Virus record (IMG/VR): IMGVR_UViG_3300029305_012101
Reading direction: 5' to 3' (one strand)
Length of the DNA: 64,000 nucleotides
Source: an uncultured virus (IMG/VR IMGVR_UViG_3300029305_012101)
Taxonomy: Duplodnaviria; Heunggongvirae; Uroviricota; Caudoviricetes
Position numbers and translations under genes: made by a program. Under the pieces are notes generated by a model. The model had not been told where the DNA came from, made no database searches, and saw only the letters and a program-made list of their open reading frames with translations. Shown here one piece after another: positions 45,901 through 56,147 of the stretch; the stretch's first letter is position 1; the number at the start of each line of letters is the position of its first letter.

Positions 45901-47338
45901 TATGGACGAGTTGGAGTCCACCAACAGCGAAGTTATTTCCAGTTTCTGGGATGAGTTCGGCGCAGCATCCGTTGGTCTGGAGGAAGGCAGCGATGCCTGG
46001 AACACGCTGCTGGAAGGTACACTTACTGAGATTGCCAACACCCTGCAGAATGCCGGCGATCTGGGCATGGATAAGCTGCAATCCAGATGGGCAAAGGATC
46101 TTGGCATCCTTGGCCATGATCTCTCTGACATTCTGGCGAACAATACCGGCCCCGAAATCACGGCGGCCGCGGAAAATCTGAGCAAGGAAACCAGGGCATC
46201 CATCGACGCGATGCTGGATCACATGGCGCCGACCACAGAGCAGATCCAGGAAGTGGTGGAGGCATACCGAAACGCCGGGCTGGAGGATAAAATCCCGGAG
46301 GCTTTGCTGAGCTATCTGAATACCACGGAATTCTACGAAGCGCTGTCAGCAGGACCGAAGGCTGTGGAGAATTTCTTCCGAACCTTAGAGATTGACATCG
46401 AGCCGAAGGGCTTCAATTATGACGCCTCTTTTGAAGAGTGGCAGCTAAACGCCCCTCTTGGGCAGGTTTTTGAAGTAGAGGCAAATGTCAAAACCAACTG
46501 GACCTATGACGCATGGGATGATGAGTGGATCGCACCGGATGAGACTATTTCCTTCACTACGGAAGCCATGGTCAAGGCCGGATGGACATACAATCCGTTT
46601 GAGGAACAGTGGATCAGCCCGGGAGAAGCATATACATTCGGCACCAACGGCGAGGTGAATGTATCCTGGCTTGTGGATAAGTTTGGGGACAAAGTTCTCG
46701 CTGATGGTAGCACAAATGCGACCTTTGGTGTGAATTCTTCCTATACAGCCAGCACGACCGTCGATCTGTACACCAAGTATAACGTGATTCCCAGCCAGAA
46801 AAAGGCTTATGACCTTTTGCTGGACGAGGGCTACTATGGAGCACCCGGCGGCCAGGGATACCGGGGCGGCATCTTCGGCGGCGACAGCGCCATGGATGCC
46901 TTTGCACGGGGCGGCCGGACGGACAACAGCGGCATCGTGGGCGGCAGCACCCGGTTCATCCGGGTGAATGAGGAAAGCCCGGAGATGATCATCCCCCTGA
47001 GCAGCCAGCGCAGAGACCGGGCCATCGACCTGTGGGAGAAGACCGGAGAACTGCTGGACGTGGATCGATACGCCAGAGGCGGCTATGTTGGCCGGCAGAT
47101 GAGCGAGGGCTTCAGTTTCCGTGCATACGATGCCGATGATGGCGTTGGCGGCCGGGTGGTTCAGGTGGACATGGGCGGCGTGACCGTGGAGTTCCATGTG
47201 GACGTAAGCGGCGGGCAGAGCGTGGCGGAAGCCATTCAGGCCCAGGCACCCGAGATCGCAGAGATGGTGGCCGGCATTATCAACGACGCCATCGGCGCTC
47301 AGTTTGAGAACACACCGACGAAGGGAGGCGCCGCCTGA
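42953..47338 (+). CDS. Tape measure protein
   Basis: 1461 aa; ALGQMRMKGKLSSEEMLQLTEAG tape-measure motif; Gly/Ala-rich membrane segments. Confidence 0.93.
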   Translation: MGQRYVIDLEARFQDHVTGETGPATRSLKGLGEAAEQAQGKIGKLVKTKAQIEVDANNTKFVRKIREAEAKAHKLGRTKTTMVLNALDKATVKINKVIGHAKNFAAKTYNAILKVMDSQAVKALGEVGGTLKHITGRTWSTIVKIKDYATAPLRKIKDSLFSIKSLIAAVTAGVATKQLIMDPVGLADTIESSRIAFTTKLGSEEKAEEFLQSIYKFDEKSPFDTMEIVGITQQMMNLGWTAEDVLKDLGTIGDWSASLGKGEEGISAVTRALGQMRMKGKLSSEEMLQLTEAGVNGWQYLADYLGTDIPKVREMAEDNLIDVNTAITGIMAGMSEYSGSAAATADRTVSGLKDQVMSLFKTYVALPWGEGLGEGFRDALTQVRDVIDENKDALKGLGTELKEVGKAISGWVADRAENAIRRIKEITSGDAFKNASITGKINMLWDGVIANPFSKWWKETVIPWWDDTAVPWLETKASKLGKNIGSGLTKGLMALLGIDYASAIEDGSNIAGGFVNGFLEGFDGAAITDAFVDAITNVWRALPGWAKLLIGGTAIYKTGVGAASVIGNVKALIGTAGGQILADGSVAPATGLRAVFGSTGNYMVSGTGMLGSLAKLGYNATGGPASAAAYFGHGMSGAAAAGIGGGIVAGIGTGIYTAGSGVVDIYKGSKNNDDDSINSGLWKITGAGGGAALGAAIGTAFGGPLIGTAIGALVGSGVGWLQSNQIKKNAVEAAQASGTLEELAASESIAAKKAQKLLDEMRALAKADMAEHFGDVALSADQVKSAVNDLIGQDVIDRATAASDALAQLNSSMESFRTADYNLNRSLWDTTLADGKALSDDEISKLKSSYEAYSDAASALLDDKQYASEESINALLGDTEDAKNVLKASKDYYAQTRKQLKEKTTEFTKALEKALDDNGDGKINFAVGEGVISLDEEKSLQEIRSQISRITAQIEQEQYTADMNIIKAKFSTDNINVESFGLLMDELESTNSEVISSFWDEFGAASVGLEEGSDAWNTLLEGTLTEIANTLQNAGDLGMDKLQSRWAKDLGILGHDLSDILANNTGPEITAAAENLSKETRASIDAMLDHMAPTTEQIQEVVEAYRNAGLEDKIPEALLSYLNTTEFYEALSAGPKAVENFFRTLEIDIEPKGFNYDASFEEWQLNAPLGQVFEVEANVKTNWTYDAWDDEWIAPDETISFTTEAMVKAGWTYNPFEEQWISPGEAYTFGTNGEVNVSWLVDKFGDKVLADGSTNATFGVNSSYTASTTVDLYTKYNVIPSQKKAYDLLLDEGYYGAPGGQGYRGGIFGGDSAMDAFARGGRTDNSGIVGGSTRFIRVNEESPEMIIPLSSQRRDRAIDLWEKTGELLDVDRYARGGYVGRQMSEGFSFRAYDADDGVGGRVVQVDMGGVTVEFHVDVSGGQSVAEAIQAQAPEIAEMVAGIINDAIGAQFENTPTKGGAA

Positions 47339-48111
47339 TGAATATTGACATCTACATCCGCGAACGCGAAGGCAGCCGGGAGATCCGCATCCCCTGGCTG
47401 CCGGAGACCATCCTTTTCAAGAGCGGCGGAACCGTCCGGGCAAGCTACGACATCATGAACAAGGGGCCGGCGGAGATCCCGACCGGCTCCGGCCTTTGTG
47501 AATACTCCTGGGAGAGCGTTTTCCCGGGGAAGTACCGGACGGACCGCTCTATGCAGCGGGGAGAATGGCAGGATCCCGCTGCCTATCACAACATTCTGGA
47601 AGACTGGAAGGCCAAGGGGACGCCGCTGGTGATCCTGGCCGTGGGCTATCCCATCAACAAGGACGTCTATCTGGACGACTACATCGGGAAGGCGGCCGGC
47701 GGCTTCGGGGACATCGAGTACGAAGTCTCTTTCATTGAGGATCGGGAGATCACCATCTCCTCCACAAAAGAGGCCTCCGGGGGCGGCACCCAGCGGCCTG
47801 CAGCGACAACAACCACCTACACCATCAAGCAGGGTGACACCCTGTGGAGCATCGCCCAGCGGTTTTTGGGCTCCGGCGCCAGGTGGATCGAGATCTACAA
47901 CGCCAATAAGGAGATCATCGAGAGCACCGCGAAAAAGCGGTGGAAAGCCGCAGGGATCGACCGCGACAGCCAGAACGGCCACTGGATCTTCCCGGGGACC
48001 GTGATCACCATTCCCGGCGCAAGCGGAACATCTGCAGGCGGAACGACGAAGAGCTCTTCGATCACAAGCGCTGCCGGCAAGAACAAGAACGAAATCCTGA
48101 CCAAGAATTAG
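47338..48111 (+). CDS. LysM-domain tail tube initiator (XkdP-like)
   Basis: YTIKQGDTLWSIAQRFLGSGARWIEIYNAN. Confidence 0.88.
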   Translation: MNIDIYIREREGSREIRIPWLPETILFKSGGTVRASYDIMNKGPAEIPTGSGLCEYSWESVFPGKYRTDRSMQRGEWQDPAAYHNILEDWKAKGTPLVILAVGYPINKDVYLDDYIGKAAGGFGDIEYEVSFIEDREITISSTKEASGGGTQRPAATTTTYTIKQGDTLWSIAQRFLGSGARWIEIYNANKEIIESTAKKRWKAAGIDRDSQNGHWIFPGTVITIPGASGTSAGGTTKSSSITSAAGKNKNEILTKN

Positions 48112-48121
48112 GAGTGACAGC

Positions 48122-49126
48122 ATGAAGGCATCCGTCAAGAATCCTATCTATACGGTCTACATCGTATCCGGTCAGACCAAATACAACCTGACCAACGCGG
48201 TGGAGAGTATCGGCTTTTCCGAGCAGAAAAAGCAGATCGCCAAAAGCTGCACCATCGATCTGGTCAACGTGAAGGTCGGCGGATCCTGGCTGTCCTCCCT
48301 GCTGAAGGTGAGAGACCGGGTATTTATTTACGCGGACGACGGAGAGCGGAGCGAGGAGGTCTGGCGGGGCTACGTTTGGACCCGCTCCTACCGGTCCCGG
48401 CTGGACGGCCACAACCTGACGCTGAAGTGCTACGACAACCTGATCTACTGGCAGGAGAGCGAGGATGCGGAGTTTTTCGCCTCCGGCAAGAGCACGAAGG
48501 AGATTCTTTCCACACTCTGCAGCAAGTGGGGTGTGAAGCTGGAATACAGCTATGAAAGCATTACCCACTCCAAGCTGGCCCTGCGGGGCACCATGAGCGA
48601 CATCGTGACCAGCGATGTGCTGGATCTGGTGAAGGACAGAACCGGGAAGAAATACGTCATCACCAGCGAAAAGGACGTGGTGAACATCCGCACCATCGGA
48701 TCCAACAGCCGGGTCTACACGATCAAAAGCGGCCAGAACGCGATCCAGACCAGCAGCGAATGCACCATGGAAGGGATGACCACCCAGGTGGTGATCCTGG
48801 GCAAGGCGGACAAAGAGGACCGCCAGAAGGTGGAGGGAACGGTCTCCGGGAATACCGGAGCCTACGGCACCCTGCAAAAGCTCATCACCCGGGACGAAAA
48901 CACCAGCCTGGATGACACCAAAAAGGAAGCCCAGAGCATCATCGATGCGGACGGGAAGCCCAAGTGGGAGTACGAAATCACGACGGTGGACATCCCATGG
49001 ATCCGAAAAGGAGACAGGGTGAAAGCCAGCGCCGGCGACATGACCAGCACCTACATCGTTGTTGGCATCGACCGGGATCTGAGCAATTCCAAAAAGCAGA
49101 TGACGCTGACTGTGGAAAACGCATAA
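48122..49126 (+). CDS. Baseplate hub (XkdQ-like)
   Basis: Position and size; YGTLQKL...IRKGDRV. Confidence 0.8.
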   Translation: MKASVKNPIYTVYIVSGQTKYNLTNAVESIGFSEQKKQIAKSCTIDLVNVKVGGSWLSSLLKVRDRVFIYADDGERSEEVWRGYVWTRSYRSRLDGHNLTLKCYDNLIYWQESEDAEFFASGKSTKEILSTLCSKWGVKLEYSYESITHSKLALRGTMSDIVTSDVLDLVKDRTGKKYVITSEKDVVNIRTIGSNSRVYTIKSGQNAIQTSSECTMEGMTTQVVILGKADKEDRQKVEGTVSGNTGAYGTLQKLITRDENTSLDDTKKEAQSIIDADGKPKWEYEITTVDIPWIRKGDRVKASAGDMTSTYIVVGIDRDLSNSKKQMTLTVENA

Positions 49127-49138
49127 GGAGGAACGGCC

Positions 49139-49585
49139 ATGAGCAGCAACATCCAGCGGCTGGGCAATACGCTTACCAGCCGCATGGCCAAAACGGCAAA
49201 GGCGGCGATCCCGGTGACGGTGGAGCTGGGCATCATCAATGGCGATCTGAGCCTGAGCGTGGACAGCCTGCCCGGAAAGATCAGTCCCAGCGACTACATG
49301 GTGGATCTGAGCCTGACCCACGAAACCTACTACACCTACAACGAGCTCTACAACACCGACATGGTCCCTGCCAGGACCTATCACAAGCACTACGAAGGCG
49401 AGCACAGCGGCCATGAAAGCGGCGACGGCGGCCACAAGCACACCACCGACGGCCTGCACGACCATCGCGTCCCATCCGTTTTCCGGCGGCTGAAGGCGGG
49501 GGATCGCGTACTGGTGATCTGGGTGGGCCATGAGCCGATCATCATCAGCATCGTGGTCGCCGGAGACACCATCACGCCGAATTAA
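49139..49585 (+). CDS. Baseplate spike-like protein with His-rich loop
   Basis: ELGII...LKAGDRVLV; HKHYEGEHSGHESGDGGHKH. Confidence 0.7.
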   Translation: MSSNIQRLGNTLTSRMAKTAKAAIPVTVELGIINGDLSLSVDSLPGKISPSDYMVDLSLTHETYYTYNELYNTDMVPARTYHKHYEGEHSGHESGDGGHKHTTDGLHDHRVPSVFRRLKAGDRVLVIWVGHEPIIISIVVAGDTITPN

Positions 49586-49596
49586 GGAGGGAGAGC

Positions 49597-50067
49597 ATGC
49601 CTAATCTGCTGCCGGAAGGCTATGAATATGAAATCATCACCGATGCGGACCGGCTGGAGGAGCAGCCCATCGGCTACCGCAACGGATCCGCCTTTGACTA
49701 CGAGATCGGCGACTACCGCCGGGACGGAAAGTACAAGATCCTGGACAGCGACGGCGTGGAAAGCTGGAAGGCATGGGTGATCAACTGCATGAGCACCGAG
49801 CGGTACAAGCACCTGGCCTACTCCACCGACTTCGGCATCGAACTGGACAAGGTTTTCGCTGCGGGATCCCGGGAGGAAGCGGAAAGCATCTTGGCCCGGC
49901 AGATCACCGAGGCCGTTCTGGCCGACGACTACAAGCGGACGGAATATGTGGAAAGCCTGGAATTTTCCTGGCCGGCACCGGACGCCATCCTGGTCCGGGC
50001 CGTTCTGCACGGCTATGAGGATGTGACGATAGATGTGACGGCCTACATCACCAGAAGGGAGAGCTGA
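49597..50067 (+). CDS. DUF2634/XkdS-like baseplate wedge protein
   Basis: TERYKHLAYSTDFGIEL, ITEAVLAD. Confidence 0.8.
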   Translation: MPNLLPEGYEYEIITDADRLEEQPIGYRNGSAFDYEIGDYRRDGKYKILDSDGVESWKAWVINCMSTERYKHLAYSTDFGIELDKVFAAGSREEAESILARQITEAVLADDYKRTEYVESLEFSWPAPDAILVRAVLHGYEDVTIDVTAYITRRES

Positions 50068-50068
50068 C

Positions 50069-51514
50069 ATGGCGGAATTTGTCATACCTGAATTTTTACA
50101 GCATCACAGCGTGGACGAGGTCCACGAAATCATGAAGAGCATTCTGCCCGCCGACATCGACATCAGCGAAGGCAGCCATGAGTGGAACAAAACAAGGCCC
50201 ACGGCGCTGGTCGTGGCGGAGGTCTGCGAGTTTGTTCTGCCGGAGGTGATCAAGCTGATCTTCCCGGAATTCTCCTACGATGAATTCCTGGGCTATCACG
50301 CCAAAACCCGGAACATGGAGCGGCTGGACGCCACGGCGGCCACAGGCGAGATCACCATCACCGGAGAGATCGGATCGAAAATCCCCGCCGGGAGCCTCTT
50401 TGCCACGGTCTCCATCAACGACGAGCCCTCCATTTCCTACCGGACCACGGAGGACGGGGAGATCACCGACGAGGCCATTGTAAAGGCTTCAATCCGCTGC
50501 ATCGAGGAGGGAACTGCCGGAAATGTTGTGAAAAATACGCCGTTTTTCGCAAAAGACCAGATTGATGGTGTTGTTTCCGCAGTCAATGAAGAGGCGATCC
50601 GGTTCAACGAGAAATTGGATCCGCAGTATGCTTCCGGTTTGTTGACCATCACCGGAAAGGTGGGCACGGTCATCCCGGCCGGCAGCATCTTCTCCTCCCG
50701 CTATTCCGACCAGTATCCTAGCGTCCAGTACGAAACGCTGCAGGAGATCGTGATCCCTGCCTGCGTGAGAGTGCGTGTGGAATGCACGGAAGTCGGCAGC
50801 GTCGGCAACACCATCCGGGATACTGTGATCCTGGTGGGCAGTAAGCTGACCGGCATCAAGGCCGTGACCAACGAGGAGCCCATCACCGGCGGCACGGAGC
50901 GGGAAAGCGACGAATCCCTCCAGGAGCGAATCACGGAATACGACCGGACTCAGGGTGAGAGCTTTGTCGGCAATGTGGCCGACTACAAGCGCTGGGCAGA
51001 AAATGTGGATGGTGTGGGCGCGGCCATCGTGATCCCAGCTTACGACGACACCGGGCTGGTGACGATCATTATCATCGACGCAAACGGCGCCCCTGCAACC
51101 GAAGAATTGTGCGAGTCGGTTTATAATTACATTATGAGGCCCGACGACGAAGAAAGCCGTCTGGCTCCCGTCAATGCGTATCTCTCTGTTATCCCGCCGG
51201 AGACGCTGACCATCTGCGTGAAGGCCACGACGGAGTTGGAATATGAGGCGACGCTGGAATCCGTGAAGGCTAATTTCATGGCTGCTCTGGCTCTGTACAT
51301 CCCGGAGGCACTTGTGGACAAGGAGATCAAATACTCCCGTATCTGGTCCATTCTTTCTTCTGTGGCAGGTGTAAACGATCATAAGGGTCTGAAGGTCGGG
51401 TTGAAATACAGCGGAGAGAACATCGCCTACGGAACCGGCAATATCCCGATCACGGCCAGACAGCTGCCCATCATCGAGGTGGAAAATCTGGACCTGACCA
51501 CTGGATCCGTGTGA
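50069..51514 (+). CDS. Baseplate J-like protein
   Basis: GGTERESDESLQERI, GNVADYKRWAENVDGVG. Confidence 0.9.
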   Translation: MAEFVIPEFLQHHSVDEVHEIMKSILPADIDISEGSHEWNKTRPTALVVAEVCEFVLPEVIKLIFPEFSYDEFLGYHAKTRNMERLDATAATGEITITGEIGSKIPAGSLFATVSINDEPSISYRTTEDGEITDEAIVKASIRCIEEGTAGNVVKNTPFFAKDQIDGVVSAVNEEAIRFNEKLDPQYASGLLTITGKVGTVIPAGSIFSSRYSDQYPSVQYETLQEIVIPACVRVRVECTEVGSVGNTIRDTVILVGSKLTGIKAVTNEEPITGGTERESDESLQERITEYDRTQGESFVGNVADYKRWAENVDGVGAAIVIPAYDDTGLVTIIIIDANGAPATEELCESVYNYIMRPDDEESRLAPVNAYLSVIPPETLTICVKATTELEYEATLESVKANFMAALALYIPEALVDKEIKYSRIWSILSSVAGVNDHKGLKVGLKYSGENIAYGTGNIPITARQLPIIEVENLDLTTGSV

Positions 51515-51525
51515 GGTGAGCGCCT

Positions 51526-52386
51526 ATGAAGCAACAGACGGAGCTGATGCGGCGGATCCTGAAACATGAGATCGCCCAAAAAATCATTGATTACGTCTCC
51601 CCTATCTACGGAGACAGCTACGTCGCGCTGTGGATCTACGAGGCCATCGGCGTGGCCCTGAGCGAGATCGTCACCATTGCGGAAAAGCTGCGGTATGAGA
51701 CCAACCCGATGACCACCACGCTGCTGATGGACTACTGGGAGGATCACTACGGCCTCCACCGGGACAGCCGGCTAACCATGGAAGACCGCCGGGAGCGGCT
51801 GCTGGAAAAGATCCGGTTCCGCGCCCCCTGCAACCCAGAAAAACTGGCGAAGGCCATGGAGCGGGTGCTGGAGGTGCCGGTGGAGATCACCGAGAGGGTG
51901 GCAAAGAACACCTTCCAGGTGGAGATCATGGATACGGTGGCGGATTTTGGAAAGCTCCTCCACGCCCTCTCTGTCCTGGAAAAGCGCAAGCCGGCCCATC
52001 TCATTTACCGTGTCAACGTGAACAATCCGGTGGACGAAACGGATCTGAAGATGGCGGCCGCTACAACGATGGACGAGCAATACTCCGTCGGTGTGGAAGC
52101 AATCAAGCTGACGCTGCAGACGACTCTGGAAAAAGCCATCCAGCTGGGCGCTGTGGTGACTATGCGAGAGAGTTTTGGCGTTAATCCCAACGAAATTGCC
52201 ATCGAAACCCGGACGGAAATCGAACATGAGGCAAAATTGGCTACTCCCATAGCCGCAAGAGAGGTCTACAACATTACTGACATTAAACGGACTGCGCGAA
52301 TCGCAGTGGAGACGGCATTCAAAATCGCCTCCCCGATTTTCAGCAGCGAGGAATTTACCATCGAGGAGGTAAGAACCAATGAGTGA
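51526..52386 (+). CDS. DUF2313/XkdU-like baseplate protein
   Basis: LMDYWEDHYGL...RRERL...KPAHLIY. Confidence 0.75.
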   Translation: MKQQTELMRRILKHEIAQKIIDYVSPIYGDSYVALWIYEAIGVALSEIVTIAEKLRYETNPMTTTLLMDYWEDHYGLHRDSRLTMEDRRERLLEKIRFRAPCNPEKLAKAMERVLEVPVEITERVAKNTFQVEIMDTVADFGKLLHALSVLEKRKPAHLIYRVNVNNPVDETDLKMAAATTMDEQYSVGVEAIKLTLQTTLEKAIQLGAVVTMRESFGVNPNEIAIETRTEIEHEAKLATPIAAREVYNITDIKRTARIAVETAFKIASPIFSSEEFTIEEVRTNE

Positions 52387-53182
52387 CATCATCGAAATCC
52401 CCAACTCCTGGAAGGCGGGCGTCATCACCAACGACGGTCTGGGCCTGCTGAGTAAACTGGTGAAGGGTCATACCCTGAACATCATCAGAGCAGAGATCGG
52501 CGCCGGCTGGGTGGATCCCGAGCAGCTGAACACCCTGAAGGCCGTCATGGAGCCTATGCAGGCGCTGTCCTTCTCCACAGTGAGCTACCCGGAGGAAGGC
52601 AAGTGCGTTATCCCCTGCAAACTGGACAACAGCAATGTGACGGAAAGCTACATCGGCCGACAGATCGGCCTGTACGCCCAGGATCCCGACAAGGGCGAGA
52701 TCCTGTTCTACGTTACCCAGGTGGAGGACGAGGACGGCGGCACCGGCATCCCCGCAAACAACATTATCCCCAGTTATTCTGCTACCTGGAACCTGGTGAT
52801 CTACTACGGCATGGCCGATGGCGTGGACGTGACTGTGGATCCCGCAAGTTCCGTTACCCATGAGGAAATGGAGCAGTTTGTGGAGGACGCTCTGGAAGGC
52901 TTCCAGGAGGACATGCGCCCGGCCACCAACGAAGAGATCGACGCTGCTCTGGGTTCCTATTCCGGCGGCGAAGGTGGCGGAGACATGGGCTTTACCGTGC
53001 CTCTGGACCACACACTCCTGTTCAACCGCGATGCGGAGGATCAGCACCCCATCGAGTCTATCACCGGTCTGGAGGAAGCTCTGGACAAATTGGAGGATAT
53101 GGCAGAAGACGATGGCGGCCCGGTCATGACGGACGGCGAAATCGACGACGTGTGGAACAACATAATGGGTGAAGGTGTGTAA
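52379..53182 (+). CDS. Tail-collar/fibre base protein
   Basis: VITNDGLGLL...IGLYAQDPDKGEILFY; H..L.NRDAEDQHPIESITGL. Confidence 0.7.
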   Translation: MSDIIEIPNSWKAGVITNDGLGLLSKLVKGHTLNIIRAEIGAGWVDPEQLNTLKAVMEPMQALSFSTVSYPEEGKCVIPCKLDNSNVTESYIGRQIGLYAQDPDKGEILFYVTQVEDEDGGTGIPANNIIPSYSATWNLVIYYGMADGVDVTVDPASSVTHEEMEQFVEDALEGFQEDMRPATNEEIDAALGSYSGGEGGGDMGFTVPLDHTLLFNRDAEDQHPIESITGLEEALDKLEDMAEDDGGPVMTDGEIDDVWNNIMGEGV

Positions 53183-53303
53183 GCGCACATAGCATTATTT
53201 TTCCACTAAAATTGCGCTTTAAGCGCAAATTCAAGTCAGCAACCGGGTAAACCCGGTAAATATATAGCTGAAACAAAAAATATTTTTTGGAGGTAATTTT
53301 ACC

Positions 53304-54206
53304 ATGGCAGAAGTCAAGTATGTATCCCAGGCTAATCTGAGCAGAATCCTGGGTAAGATCAAGGAAACCTACGTTGCCAAGGAGACCGGCAAGGGTCTGT
53401 CCACCAACGACCTGACCAACGAGCTGCTGTCCAAGATCAACGGTATGGGTACTGTCGCCACTCTGAACGAGATCGGCGAGAGCAACCTGTCCGCTGCCCT
53501 GCTGGAGAAGGTCAACGCCTCTGCTGAGGGCAACCACAGCCACGCCAACAAGGAGCTGCTGGACACCTACACCCAGACCGAGGCCAACCTGGCTGACGCT
53601 GTCGCCAAGAAGCACAGCCACGCCAACGCTGAGGAACTGGCAAAGATCGCTTCTGGCGACAAGGCCAAGTGGGATCAGGCCGTCACTGACCTGGCTGCCG
53701 TTGTGGCCGACTACCTGAAGACCTCTGACAAGGAGGCCCTGCAGGCTCTGATCACCGCTCTGGATGGCCGCGTGACCATCAATGAGCAGGGCATCGCCAC
53801 TCTGAACGGCAACTCCAGCGTTGAGGGCTCCGTTGACAAGAAGATCGCCGACGCGATCAACGCCTGGGCCGCTCAGGTGACTGACGACGGCACCATCAAC
53901 ACCTACAAGGAGGCCCTGGAGTACATCGCCGCTCACGGCGGTGAGTACACCACTCTGCTGGGTGAGGTCACTCAGAACAAGAACGCCATCGCTACCCTGA
54001 ACGGCGACGCTTCCACCGCTGGCTCCGTTGCCAAGCAGGTCGCTGACGGCGACGCTGCTACCCTGGCTGCTGCCAATGAGTACACCAACGGCAAGGACAC
54101 CGCTATGGGCGCCCGCGTGAAGGCTATCGAGGATGACTACGTCAAGGCTTCCGAGCTGGTGGCATTCACCGATGCGGAGATCGACGAGATCTGGGTCAAC
54201 GCCTAA
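53304..54206 (+). CDS. Fibre-like structural protein
   Basis: GKGLSTNDLT, HSHAN repeats, IATLNG repeats; highly biased codons. Confidence 0.65.
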   Translation: MAEVKYVSQANLSRILGKIKETYVAKETGKGLSTNDLTNELLSKINGMGTVATLNEIGESNLSAALLEKVNASAEGNHSHANKELLDTYTQTEANLADAVAKKHSHANAEELAKIASGDKAKWDQAVTDLAAVVADYLKTSDKEALQALITALDGRVTINEQGIATLNGNSSVEGSVDKKIADAINAWAAQVTDDGTINTYKEALEYIAAHGGEYTTLLGEVTQNKNAIATLNGDASTAGSVAKQVADGDAATLAAANEYTNGKDTAMGARVKAIEDDYVKASELVAFTDAEIDEIWVNA

Positions 54207-54316
54207 GCAATAGGCGACTAATCTTAATCCGGCCCCCGGCGTAATGCTGGGGGCCGGGTGATAAGATGCGGGGAACACCCGCTATGTGTGGGGATTCCCG
54301 CAGAAAGGAGATTACA

Positions 54317-54847
54317 ATGCCTATTAAGTATGTGAGCCAGGATAACCTGACCCGGGTGCTTTCAAAACTCAAAACTTTGATCGGCACCAAGGCGGATGCA
54401 ACCCATGACCACGCTGCCGGCGACATCAAATCCGGCACCCTGTCCAGTGATCGGCTACCCATCGTGCCCATTTCAAAGGGCGGCACAGGCGCTGCAACCG
54501 CAGAAGAGGCGAGAAAGAGCCTGGCCATCACACCGGAAAACATCGGCGCAGCCAGCGCAAGTGCAGTCTCTGCAAAATATAACGAGTCTATTATCGGATT
54601 GTCCGTGGACGGGCAGACCGTTACATATATCAAGGGTGACGGGTCCGTGCATTCTTTCCAGACTCAGGACACCGATACGACCTACTCCATCGGAACCGAC
54701 CAGGCGACCGGCCTGACAAAACTGTACGCCACTACTGGATCCGCTGAAGATGGAACCATGACCCAGAAGGCGATCAAAACCGAACTGGACAAAAAGGTGG
54801 GAGTGGAGGTAGACACCACACAGAACGCCTTGATTTTCAAGATTTAA
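54317..54847 (+). CDS. Tail fibre-related protein
   Basis: HDHAAGDIKSGTL, VPISKGGTGA, GLTKLY...DGTMTQKAI. Confidence 0.65.
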   Translation: MPIKYVSQDNLTRVLSKLKTLIGTKADATHDHAAGDIKSGTLSSDRLPIVPISKGGTGAATAEEARKSLAITPENIGAASASAVSAKYNESIIGLSVDGQTVTYIKGDGSVHSFQTQDTDTTYSIGTDQATGLTKLYATTGSAEDGTMTQKAIKTELDKKVGVEVDTTQNALIFKI

Positions 54848-54869
54848 TTAGAAAAGGGGAAACAGTAAT

Positions 54870-56105
54870 ATGGCTCATTCCGCTAATATTATCAGCTCTA
54901 TCAAGCTGCCCAACGGGACTACCTACGAGATCCATGACGCACAGGCCATCCACAAAATCGAAGATCTTGGCCTTGCTTCCGTCCTGAAATTTAAGGGAAC
55001 CCAGGCCAGCGAGTCCGCAGTCCATGCGCTGACTTCCGCAGAAGTGGGCGACGTGTATCTGGCGGGCGGTGCGGAGTATGTGTGCATTGAGGCGATCTCC
55101 GGCACTGCAAAGGCATCCGCCTGGGAGAAACTGGGCAACGTCCACGATGCCGCAGCTTCCAACCACACTCACACCACCACCGTGACCGGCACCAACGCGG
55201 CATCCACCGTGACCGGCACCGTGACCGTGCCCACCGTCAGCAAAACACAGAAGTATCTGTCCGCTGCGGCAGGCGTACCTACCGTGACTCCGGTTACAGA
55301 CACCGTTCTGGGCACCGGCACCACGTTTGCCGTCTCCGGCGGCGCAGCCAACGCAACCAAAACCAAGATCGGTGCCACTGCAAGCGGCGCAGCTGTTGGT
55401 GCAAACGGAACAGCCAAGGCTATCACCGCCCTGGGCACTCCTACCACCGCTGCGGCCATCACCGCGCTGAATACCACCACCGTCAAGAATCCCACCGTTA
55501 CTCCGGTGAGCATTCCCAACGTGACCGGTAACTCCGCTGTGACCGCTACCAAGATGTCCAGCTACGGCACTCTGCCTTCCTGGAGCGCTTCCGTTTCCGA
55601 TGGTGTGCTGTCCTTCTCCTTCGGCGCAGGCACTCTTCCCACCGGTTCCGACGTGTCCGCTTCCAAGGTGACTCTGGGCACCGCTCTGAGCGCCTCCAGC
55701 GTGAGCACTTCCGATGTGACCGTGGCTACCGGCTCCAAGAGCACCGCCAACGCCATCACCGGCTTCGGCACTCATACCACCGCCAATGCTCTGACCGGCG
55801 TGAAGATGACCGCCCAGCCTACCATCACCCTCAGCGCTGACGCTACTACCGGCGTGGATGTCGTGATCGATGTGTCCAATTCCGCCATCTCTGTTACGGC
55901 AAGCGGCGACAACGTGACCGCTATGACCGGCGTGACGGTTGGTGCCCCTGCAATTACTCTGACAAACAACTCCTCCAGCGTGACCGGTTCCGTGCCCGTT
56001 GTTTCCGCTGTGGAAATTGGCTCTGCTTCTGCAAGCCTGACCAACGGCTCTGCTGCAGCTCAGAAGTGGACCCAGGCCAGCGGAACTACCAGCACTCCCA
56101 AGTAA
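54870..56105 (+). CDS. Thr/Ser/Ala-rich fibre protein
   Basis: Low-complexity beta-rich 411 aa; VLKFKG..VGDVY..WEKLG. Confidence 0.6.
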   Translation: MAHSANIISSIKLPNGTTYEIHDAQAIHKIEDLGLASVLKFKGTQASESAVHALTSAEVGDVYLAGGAEYVCIEAISGTAKASAWEKLGNVHDAAASNHTHTTTVTGTNAASTVTGTVTVPTVSKTQKYLSAAAGVPTVTPVTDTVLGTGTTFAVSGGAANATKTKIGATASGAAVGANGTAKAITALGTPTTAAAITALNTTTVKNPTVTPVSIPNVTGNSAVTATKMSSYGTLPSWSASVSDGVLSFSFGAGTLPTGSDVSASKVTLGTALSASSVSTSDVTVATGSKSTANAITGFGTHTTANALTGVKMTAQPTITLSADATTGVDVVIDVSNSAISVTASGDNVTAMTGVTVGAPAITLTNNSSSVTGSVPVVSAVEIGSASASLTNGSAAAQKWTQASGTTSTPK

Positions 56106-56147
56106 TCCGGGCGCGGATCGAATTTTGTAGAAAAGGAGGGGGCATAA

